32,000 nucleotides of DNA from an uncultured Gammaproteobacteria bacterium (GTDB lineage Bacteria > Pseudomonadota > Gammaproteobacteria > GCA-002705445 > GCA-002716945), in NCBI GenBank assembly GCA_913041865.1, contig CAJWIW010000001.1:4862-36861 (forward strand), given 5' to 3'. The notes beneath the pieces were generated by a model. That model saw only the letters and a program-made list of their open reading frames with translations, made no database searches and was not told the origin of the DNA. The position numbers and the translations under genes were made by a program. Positions within the stretch are counted from its first letter, which is position 1, and the number at the start of each line of letters is the position of its first letter. Below are positions 19,542-27,180 of this stretch, in pieces.

Positions 19542-20294
19542 TTATTTTTCTCCACTTAAGCTCTTACTAGACTTATTCTTACTATTTTTTTTATCTAGGA
19601 AGTATTGATCATAGTAAGATCCCTCTAATTGCTTCGTATAAGTATAATATAGCGTTCTTCTACTTTTGTCTGAGGTATTTTTACTAGATCTGTGTGGACA
19701 CGTATTACTAAAAATGACTACATCTCCAACATTAAGTTCGACTGACTCAAATATTAATTGTTTCTCGACAGACTCTATAATATCTGGTGTTCCATTTTTT
19801 TTTGTATTTTGTAATAATTTATCAAAGCCACCTTTATGTGCACATGACAATTCAATAGTCCCGTTTTCCTCATCACATTTATCTAATGCTATGAGGACGT
19901 TCATGAAGTAATCTGTATATTTATACCATCCTCTTTCTTGTTTATTTGATTCATTAATAAAATAAAATACCCCATCATAGTGTGCAAAAAATCCCTCGCC
20001 ATTTGGTGGTTTAGCGTTGTATTTGTCCTTGAATATGACAAAATCAAAACCGAAAATAATAGATAATATTTTTGTTATATCATTATTGAGGTTTATAAGT
20101 GATTGACCTTTATCATATAATTTCTCAATTCTTCTTAAAAAACCATTTTGATCGTAATATGTGTCAATATCTGTGGCTTTTTGAATATCTTCGATGCAGT
20201 ACTCTATAAGCTCCTTACTAATTGCTTCTGGGATTCTCACAAAGCCTTTTGTATTTATTTCCTCCCTATATTTTTTTATATCGTTATCTAGCAC
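19542..20294 (-). CDS. Fe(II)/2-oxoglutarate dioxygenase, phytanoyl-CoA dioxygenase (PhyH) family
   Basis: HxD in FFAHYDG, distal His in CPHRSSKN, Arg pair (SRRT). GTG start; 250 aa. Confidence 0.8.
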   Translation of the reverse strand: MLDNDIKKYREEINTKGFVRIPEAISKELIEYCIEDIQKATDIDTYYDQNGFLRRIEKLYDKGQSLINLNNDITKILSIIFGFDFVIFKDKYNAKPPNGEGFFAHYDGVFYFINESNKQERGWYKYTDYFMNVLIALDKCDEENGTIELSCAHKGGFDKLLQNTKKNGTPDIIESVEKQLIFESVELNVGDVVIFSNTCPHRSSKNTSDKSRRTLYYTYTKQLEGSYYDQYFLDKKNSKNKSSKSLSGEK

Positions 20295-20299
20295 AATAG

Positions 20300-21124
20300 T
20301 TACTCTGCGAAAAATAATTGTTTACCATTAATTTGATAATTATTTATGAGGTTTTTTCCTTCTGTTGAAAGGATCCAGTCATAGAAAATCATTGATGACT
20401 TTTTGTTAATATTCTTGCATTTATCGGCATTAACTAAAATTATTCCGTATTGATTTTTCATTCGTGGATCTTTTTCATATACAATTATATGATTCTGTTT
20501 ATTTTTAAAATTTAGCCATGTCGCTCTATCCACAAATGTATAAGCATTGAGTCCTACCGTGATATTGAGAGTGGAACCCATGCCTTGTCCTGTCTCTAGA
20601 TACAATTTACTTTGTTTGAACTTATTAAAATCGTCTTTGATATCCTTCCAGATTCGCATTTCAGCTTTATGAGTCCCACTATCATCTCCTCTAGAAATAA
20701 ACTTTTCTGTGCCTAATGCAATCTGTTTAGTAGCCATTTTAAGTGATTCATAGTTTAAAATATTTAAAGGATCACTTTTTGGGCCTACGATTACAAAATC
20801 ATTGTACATCAAATTTTCTCTCTTGGTTCCATAACCATCTTTAATAAAGATCTCTTCATCTTGTCTAGAATGGACGATAAGTATATCTCCATCACAGTTT
20901 CTTGCATTATTTATAGCTTGACCAGTACCTACAGCAATTACTTTGACTTTTATATTAAATTTTTCATTAAAATGAGGTATTAGATAATCGTAAAGACCAG
21001 AGTCTCTCGTAGAGGTTGTAGACTGTATGATTAACGTAGAACTACTATTATCAGAATACGTCGCACTCGCATGAGAAAAAATGATTAATAAAATGTATGC
21101 GATATTTCTAGTAATTGACTTCAC
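20300..21124 (-). CDS. tupA: Periplasmic oxyanion-binding protein, TupA-like (PBP_like_2 family)
   Basis: Signal peptide (IAYILLIIFSHASA), IIQSTTSTRDSGL and SRGDDSGTH resemble tungstate-binding TupA. GTG start overlaps the ATPase gene by 17 nt. The true ligand is uncertain. Confidence 0.65.
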   Translation of the reverse strand: MKSITRNIAYILLIIFSHASATYSDNSSSTLIIQSTTSTRDSGLYDYLIPHFNEKFNIKVKVIAVGTGQAINNARNCDGDILIVHSRQDEEIFIKDGYGTKRENLMYNDFVIVGPKSDPLNILNYESLKMATKQIALGTEKFISRGDDSGTHKAEMRIWKDIKDDFNKFKQSKLYLETGQGMGSTLNITVGLNAYTFVDRATWLNFKNKQNHIIVYEKDPRMKNQYGIILVNADKCKNINKKSSMIFYDWILSTEGKNLINNYQINGKQLFFAE

Positions 21125-21737
21125 TTAATGCACCATCCTTAATATTATATATAGAGCTACAGATATTACTTATCTCATCTTTATCTTGTGAGACGATAAG
21201 CACTTTATTAAATTTAGAGTATTCCTCTAAAAAGTCATAAAGAAGTTTTTTGTTAGCGTCATCTAGGTTATTGTTTGGTTCATCACATATAAGTAATTCT
21301 GGTTCCAAAATAATGGATCTGCAAAAAGATATCATTTGTTGCTGACCACCTGAAAGTTTCATTACATGTTTATCTATTAAATCAATAAGATTAAATTTTG
21401 TAAGCACTTTTCTTATGACTTCTACTGATTCACTGTATGTTAATTTATTTTTTGCATGCAAGGTATGTAATAAGTTCTCTTTTACTGTACGCCTCAATAA
21501 GATAGATTTTTGAAATATAAATCCTATATTTATCTTTGATAAATTGCTGATGGTACCTTTGGACGGACAAAGTAATCCGGATATTATTTTTAAAATACTT
21601 GTTTTCCCAGATCCGTTCTCTCCATAGATCAGAGTGACCCCTTTTTTATCTACATCAAAAGATATATTTCTTAGCACGCTCTGATCATCATAAGAGAAGT
21701 CTACATTTTTCAATTGGATTAAAATATTCTTATCCAT
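21108..21737 (-). CDS. tupC: ABC transporter ATP-binding protein (TupC-like, short form)
   Basis: Walker A GENGSGKTS, signature LSGGQQQ, Walker B LLICDEP. I prefer the ATG at 21737 (MDKNIL, 8-nt overlap with the permease stop); the track start at 21752 is a TTG. Confidence 0.8.
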   Translation of the reverse strand: MDKNILIQLKNVDFSYDDQSVLRNISFDVDKKGVTLIYGENGSGKTSILKIISGLLCPSKGTISNLSKINIGFIFQKSILLRRTVKENLLHTLHAKNKLTYSESVEVIRKVLTKFNLIDLIDKHVMKLSGGQQQMISFCRSIILEPELLICDEPNNNLDDANKKLLYDFLEEYSKFNKVLIVSQDKDEISNICSSIYNIKDGALSEVNY

Positions 21738-22425
21738 GAGCTCTAATCTCAAGTCTTTTAACTAGGTTTAACATTATATTTATCAAAAGTGCAATTAAAA
21801 TAAGAATGATGCCAAGTGACACAGCTCTTTGGATATCGCCTCTGGATGTCTCAAGAACAATACTAGTTGTCATTACTCTAGTCATATAGTCGATATTTCC
21901 ACCAACAATTATTACTGCGCCTACTTCTGATAGTGCTCTACTAAGTCCAGTAAGTACATTGATCATCAATGAATAGCGAGACTCCCAAAGTATTGTTTTC
22001 ATTTTCAATATAAACCCAGATTTAAGAATAAAAAGATAATCATGCAGTCTATCATATGTCTGATCTAGTGTATCTTTCGATAATGTAATTATAATTGGTG
22101 TTACTATTACAAATTGCGCTAACACCATGGCTGTTGGACTATAAAGTAAGTCAAGATGACCGAGCGGTCCACTTTGAGATAACAAGATATAGAAAAATAA
22201 TCCTACAGCAACTGGTGGAATGCTCATAAGAGAGTTTATGATTATGGTTAGCGTATTTTTACCGAAAAAATTGTATATTGTGAGAATAGATGCGGTTATA
22301 AGTGAAAATATCACAGATGTTAATAAAGCAACTAATGAGACTCCCAAAGACAATAGGATTATGTCAATTATATAAGGATCGAAGAACATATCGCTCATCA
22401 TTTTAAGAAGTTCACTAGTTTGCAT
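21730..22425 (-). CDS. tupB: ABC transporter permease (TupB-like)
   Basis: 231 aa, about 5-6 TM helices, with an EAA-like loop region (ALSEVGAVIIVGGNI). ATG overlaps the alcohol dehydrogenase stop by 11 nt. Confidence 0.75.
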   Translation of the reverse strand: MQTSELLKMMSDMFFDPYIIDIILLSLGVSLVALLTSVIFSLITASILTIYNFFGKNTLTIIINSLMSIPPVAVGLFFYILLSQSGPLGHLDLLYSPTAMVLAQFVIVTPIIITLSKDTLDQTYDRLHDYLFILKSGFILKMKTILWESRYSLMINVLTGLSRALSEVGAVIIVGGNIDYMTRVMTTSIVLETSRGDIQRAVSLGIILILIALLINIMLNLVKRLEIRAHG

Positions 22426-23557
22426 TACTTAGATCGTGGAAGATTTTTGATATAATTTTGGGGGTCAGTTTTATTGGATTATTTTTTAATCTATGAATAT
22501 TGATATTGTCCACTAGGAATTTAATGTCGGCATCATTTTTTATGCCGATATTTTTTGTATTAACTGTCAGATTTAATTTAGACATTAGTGCATACCAATA
22601 TTTTTCACAAGATTTTGCAGAATCTAATCCCATTAATTTATAGAGATTTTTCATGTTTCTCCTAATATATTTACTACCTCTTTTATCTTGAATAGCTGTG
22701 TTATTTGTTGCTTCATTAATCACAAAAAACTTACCGAGTGTTATAGCAACAGAATAACCATGTGGTATGTTATATTTTCTGCTTAACATATATGATATAG
22801 CATGTGCAGCTGTAGTTTTTGCGATATTAATTGCTCTTCCAGAATAGTTAGCAGCTCTAAACATTTCTGATTGTGCTTTTTTATCACCATTTAATGATTT
22901 AAGAATATACTTTTTTAATATTTTAATAGCTTTCCCTGAATATAACTTGCTTGACCGTGTAGAGTTTACTGACCAGTAAGATTCTATGGCTTGGCAATAT
23001 GCATCTAAAGCAGTTGAGATCCTTACAGTTTTAGACATCTTGTGTCCTAGTTCTGGTATTATTAGGGCATAGTCTGGAAGCAAGTATTGACTCTCCACTG
23101 AGTACTTTTTGTCTTTAATATATATTACTCCAAATGATGTACTCTCACTGCCAGTGCCACTAGTAGTGGGTATTGCAATAAATGGAACATTACTATTTTT
23201 AAGCGATCTTTTATTTATTATTTTATCTTCTAAATTATTATTATTCACAGAAAAAATTTTAAGATGTTTAGCCATATCAATAGTACTGCCTCCTCCTATT
23301 GCAATAATAAGATCTGGTTTAAAACTTTTAATGATTTTTAGGCCAATTTTAACATCTTCTATTGATGGATCATTTGCAAAACTATCGTAGATGTGTTTTT
23401 CATAAGAATTAATAGTTTTGTAGAACATATTACTTGCGCCTGACTGTCTAAAAGACTTCTTTCCTGTAACAATCAGTATTCTTTTTGGGTTAATAGATTT
23501 GACTAATTTGTTAAAGCTTAAAATAGCCTCATTACCAAATATAATTTTTTGCTTCAT
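22415..23557 (-). CDS. Iron-containing (group III) alcohol dehydrogenase; candidate phosphonoacetaldehyde reductase (PhpC/FomC-like)
   Basis: Fe-ADH motifs IAIGGGSTIDMAK and His-rich region (AHAISY...PHGY). ATGA overlap with the phosphonopyruvate decarboxylase gene directly upstream. The substrate assignment comes from context. Confidence 0.75.
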   Translation of the reverse strand: MKQKIIFGNEAILSFNKLVKSINPKRILIVTGKKSFRQSGASNMFYKTINSYEKHIYDSFANDPSIEDVKIGLKIIKSFKPDLIIAIGGGSTIDMAKHLKIFSVNNNNLEDKIINKRSLKNSNVPFIAIPTTSGTGSESTSFGVIYIKDKKYSVESQYLLPDYALIIPELGHKMSKTVRISTALDAYCQAIESYWSVNSTRSSKLYSGKAIKILKKYILKSLNGDKKAQSEMFRAANYSGRAINIAKTTAAHAISYMLSRKYNIPHGYSVAITLGKFFVINEATNNTAIQDKRGSKYIRRNMKNLYKLMGLDSAKSCEKYWYALMSKLNLTVNTKNIGIKNDADIKFLVDNINIHRLKNNPIKLTPKIISKIFHDLSNAN

Positions 23558-24678
23558 TTGTTTATTAATGACATTAATTGTTTTTTATTTTCAATGGGTG
23601 TCTTATCAGGTCTTGACAGATCAGATCTAGCATTTGATTTAACTAATACTTCAAGAAACGCTGTACCTTTATGGTTCAGAATTTTTTTGACTGCCTTAAT
23701 CACTTGAGTCTTAGTGTGTGCTCTTAAGGTTAGGCTATAGCCAGAATATTTGGCTATCATTGACATATCAATATCAAAACCAACAGTTGGTTGATTGCCA
23801 ACAGATTCATGAGCGCCATTATTAAAAACGATATGTTTGTAATTTTTCTTATTTATAGAGGCATTTATTGCTAACGAACCCATGTGCATTAAAACTGATC
23901 CATCGCCATCGAGGCATATAACTTCTTTCTTTTTATTTATTGAAATTCCGAGCGCAATCTGTGATGCATGCCCCATTCCGCCAACGGTATAAAAATCAGG
24001 ATTACGAGAACAATTGTTTTTACGATATTCATATAATTCTCTAGATGTAAATCCTGTAGTTGATACAATAATACTATCTTTACGGATATTCTCTAAGATA
24101 ATATGAAGCGCATCTTCACGGCTTAATTCATAACGAAATCTTTTCTTATTAATTTTATTATATTTTTTAAAGACATCTTTTTCGATAACAACGGCACATG
24201 GCATCTTCTGTATTTTTATTCGTTCTACCATTCTATTTATTTTAGTCTTGATTTGATCTTGCGAATCAGAATTTCTTATTATCTCAAATTCGATTTCCAT
24301 AGACTTCAACATGTTTAACATAACCCTTCCCTGTTTTTTATGTTGTGGCTCATCCTTTACACCAGGTTTTCCACGCCACCCAATCACTAAAAGCATCGGT
24401 ATTGAATAAACATCCTTATCCGCAAGTGATAAAAGAGGATTAATAATATTTCCTAAACCTGAATTTTGAAGATAGATCATTGGGACCTTATTTGAAGATA
24501 AATAATAACCAATCGCAAGTGCTATAGCATTGCCTTCATTCGCTGCTATGATATGTCTCTTTTTCGCATGATCAGAGATATAAAAACATAAGTTTTTAAG
24601 AAGTGAATCCGGGACACCAGTAAAAAAACTGATATCGTGTTTTAATAAATGTTCATAGAAACTTTTTGGTGAAATCAT
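23554..24678 (-). CDS. ppd: Phosphonopyruvate decarboxylase (ThDP-dependent)
   Basis: N-terminal FFTGVPDSLLKNLCFYI is typical of Ppd/AepY. ThDP motif GDGSVLMHMGSL...NNGAHESVG. ~374 aa single-chain form. 1-nt overlap (TAATG) with PEP mutase. Confidence 0.88.
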   Translation of the reverse strand: MISPKSFYEHLLKHDISFFTGVPDSLLKNLCFYISDHAKKRHIIAANEGNAIALAIGYYLSSNKVPMIYLQNSGLGNIINPLLSLADKDVYSIPMLLVIGWRGKPGVKDEPQHKKQGRVMLNMLKSMEIEFEIIRNSDSQDQIKTKINRMVERIKIQKMPCAVVIEKDVFKKYNKINKKRFRYELSREDALHIILENIRKDSIIVSTTGFTSRELYEYRKNNCSRNPDFYTVGGMGHASQIALGISINKKKEVICLDGDGSVLMHMGSLAINASINKKNYKHIVFNNGAHESVGNQPTVGFDIDMSMIAKYSGYSLTLRAHTKTQVIKAVKKILNHKGTAFLEVLVKSNARSDLSRPDKTPIENKKQLMSLINK

Positions 24679-25970
24679 TATTTAGTTCCGGGGATCAAAT
24701 CTAAAATATCATTAATTGAAATACATTTATCACTAGCCTCTAATGAGCGTTTATTTTTTAAGATTGATAGTGCTGTGCTTAACATAGCAGGATATGCGCT
24801 TCTAAGCATATGATTAGCATAGCATATTATATTTACACCTCTACTTTCCCACTCATCTTCGGTAATTGCATTATAACTTGTAGGTACGATCATTAACGGT
24901 TTGCTCTCTTTATATTTAGAGCAAAATTCGAATATTTCATCAGGATCTTTTTCTTTACTATGAATCATTATACCATCTGCACCAGCATCTATATAGCTTT
25001 TAGCTCTTTCTAACGCATCATCTAGACCTTTAGAGAGGATTAAACTCTCAATCCTAGCGATTATCATAAAATCATTAGTGACTTGAGACTTCTTACCGAG
25101 GGATATTTTCTCTTGAAAGTTTTTAATGCTGTCCTGTTCTTGATGAACACTATTACCTAAAAGAGAGTTCTTCTTAAGACCAACTTTGTCTTCAATCACA
25201 ACAGCAGAGACACCTAACCTCTCTAATGATTTTACAGTAAAAGTGAAATGCTCATTTTTTCCCCCTGTATCAGCATCAAAAATCATTGGTTTTGTCGTTA
25301 CCTCAAAAATATCATTTACTGTATTCATTCTTGACGTCATATCAATTGCCTCGATATCAGGTTTACCTTTTGCTGTTGAATCTGTCAGACTACTTGACCA
25401 CATTGCATCAAACTCAATTACGCGACCATCTTTTTCTATTTTAGCCTTCTCCGTTATTAAGCCTGATAAGCCATTATGCACCTCATTTAATCGTATTATA
25501 GATTTTGCCGATAGCATTCTTTTCAGTAGTGATAATCTAGTGTTAGGTGTAGTTCCGATCTCTCGCATATTTTTATTCAATATAGTTGATGATATATTCT
25601 CAGTATATGGTATCTCTACTAGTTCCCCATTCCATTCTTTAAGTGTTTCTATAACCTCATCCCTTACTTTCTTTTGAGGCCCTTCTCTCCAGTCATCCCC
25701 ATGAACCACATAATTAGGTCTCAGTATCAATAAGTTCTCTCTATAATTATGTGTTCTTTGTTCTATTACCTTGTCTACACCTTTAATTTGCTCAATTATC
25801 AATTTACGACTCTCGTATGGCATAAATGGAAGTCGTTTATAGCTAGATATTGCTTTATCAGTTAGCAGGCCAACCACAACATCCCCTAACTTTGATGCTT
25901 CCTTAATTATATTGATGTGACCTTTATGAATAAGGTCAACACTCATTGCAACATATACTATTTTTTTCAT
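24678..25970 (-). CDS. ppm: Bifunctional TagD-like cytidylyltransferase / phosphoenolpyruvate phosphomutase
   Basis: The C-terminal ~290 aa carry the Ppm-diagnostic EDKxxxxxNS motif ([12 protein letters not shown]) in an isocitrate-lyase-fold context. The N-terminal ~135 aa read [16 protein letters not shown] (HxGH)...VVHGDDW...YTENISST, closely paralleling glycerol-3-phosphate cytidylyltransferase TagD. Confidence 0.88.
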   Translation of the reverse strand: MKKIVYVAMSVDLIHKGHINIIKEASKLGDVVVGLLTDKAISSYKRLPFMPYESRKLIIEQIKGVDKVIEQRTHNYRENLLILRPNYVVHGDDWREGPQKKVRDEVIETLKEWNGELVEIPYTENISSTILNKNMREIGTTPNTRLSLLKRMLSAKSIIRLNEVHNGLSGLITEKAKIEKDGRVIEFDAMWSSSLTDSTAKGKPDIEAIDMTSRMNTVNDIFEVTTKPMIFDADTGGKNEHFTFTVKSLERLGVSAVVIEDKVGLKKNSLLGNSVHQEQDSIKNFQEKISLGKKSQVTNDFMIIARIESLILSKGLDDALERAKSYIDAGADGIMIHSKEKDPDEIFEFCSKYKESKPLMIVPTSYNAITEDEWESRGVNIICYANHMLRSAYPAMLSTALSILKNKRSLEASDKCISINDILDLIPGTK

Positions 25971-27172
25971 TTACTGACATCTCCATTAATAATATTAGAT
26001 AGGAACTTACTACAATTATCAATTGAGTTGTAATTCTCTAAATTATAGTATTTTTCTAATAAATTTTTTCTTTGATTGTTAAACGATAATGTATAATTTT
26101 CTGAATTTCCTAATATTTCTTTGAAAATTTTCATCAAACTATCGTATGATTCAGCTGCTTTCCCAGGTATCGTATTTTTATAGTCTTCAATAAACCCTTT
26201 TCTTTTACAATATTTATCATAGTCTGGCATACAAAAAACTTGCGGTCTATCTAGTATACTGAATTCAACAGATGTAGTGGCGTAATCGTTCAGTAAAATG
26301 TCACTTTCGAGCATCATTTCGTTTGTATCATATAAGGGATAGGACTTATTTATAAGTTTTATCCTATCTGTATTTCCTAATAATTCAGATGGCTTTCGTA
26401 CAGAGTGAACAGAATAAACAAAAAATAGATTATTCTTTTTTAAGAAATTATTAAAATCATCTACATTAAATCCAGATAGATCAAGAAGAGGAAGATTATA
26501 CTTATAGGGCCTCCATGTAGGCGTATACAAAATTACTTTAGAGTCTCTTGTGAAATTTGCAAATAGATCTTTACAAAATGATTTATCATATATTTTTTTA
26601 TTAATAATATCTTTATTGAAAAAGTTATCATTTTTTGGAAATCCCAGAATTTTCGCTTTATGAGATGGAATGCCAAATATCGTCTTCGAAATATTGTTAG
26701 CAAGGTATGGTGACGTATAATTAATATAATCAAACTTATTTATGCGATTTATTCTTAAGGCCCTTGTATTGTCATCGTCTTTCGCTGCTATTGTAGTCTT
26801 TGGGCCATATCCATGAAATAGAGATATTTTGTACGTATCCTTAGAATCACATATTTTGAATATATTAAAATAACTATCTCCGTCATTAATCACAATTTTG
26901 GCTCTCAAGGCAGTGATAATAAGTTTAAATGGATTGCTTAAAGATAGAAATTTAAATTTATTCAGAGCAAGATGATTTTTAACTTGATTTGATTTTGTAT
27001 ACCAGTATACATCATACTTATGCTCTCTCGACAGATGCTCATACAAATATCTACTATTACCATTATAGGAGTAATTATCTGTTCCACTGAAAATTATTAC
27101 ATTATTTTTTTTAACTTTATCCCTTAGAACTGAAAAAAATAACGTTAGGATTGTTTTGATAAATGATTTCAT
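25967..27172 (-). CDS. CDP-glycerol glycerophosphotransferase family protein (TagB/TagF-like)
   Basis: ILYTPTWRP and [29 protein letters not shown] match the Glyphos_transf pattern. ATGA overlap with the Ppm fusion gene. Confidence 0.78.
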   Translation of the reverse strand: MKSFIKTILTLFFSVLRDKVKKNNVIIFSGTDNYSYNGNSRYLYEHLSREHKYDVYWYTKSNQVKNHLALNKFKFLSLSNPFKLIITALRAKIVINDGDSYFNIFKICDSKDTYKISLFHGYGPKTTIAAKDDDNTRALRINRINKFDYINYTSPYLANNISKTIFGIPSHKAKILGFPKNDNFFNKDIINKKIYDKSFCKDLFANFTRDSKVILYTPTWRPYKYNLPLLDLSGFNVDDFNNFLKKNNLFFVYSVHSVRKPSELLGNTDRIKLINKSYPLYDTNEMMLESDILLNDYATTSVEFSILDRPQVFCMPDYDKYCKRKGFIEDYKNTIPGKAAESYDSLMKIFKEILGNSENYTLSFNNQRKNLLEKYYNLENYNSIDNCSKFLSNIINGDVSK

Positions 27173-27180
27173 TTTCTAGT

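Noticed and set aside
19542-20294. Whether the dioxygenase could be a methylphosphonate synthase (MPnS) or HEPD, which would make this a methylphosphonate cluster.
   Set aside because: MPnS and HEPD are ~440-460-aa bicupin, 2OG-independent enzymes. This is a 250-aa PhyH-type protein with a 2OG-binding Arg. No bicupin ORF exists elsewhere in the window.
25186-25677. A 163-aa + strand ORF antisense to the PEP mutase gene, the longest shadow ORF in the window.
   Set aside because: It lies entirely within a gene with strong family motifs on the other strand. Its product is low-complexity (Ser/Ile/Phe-rich) with no recognisable motif. This is typical antisense read-through in AT-rich DNA.
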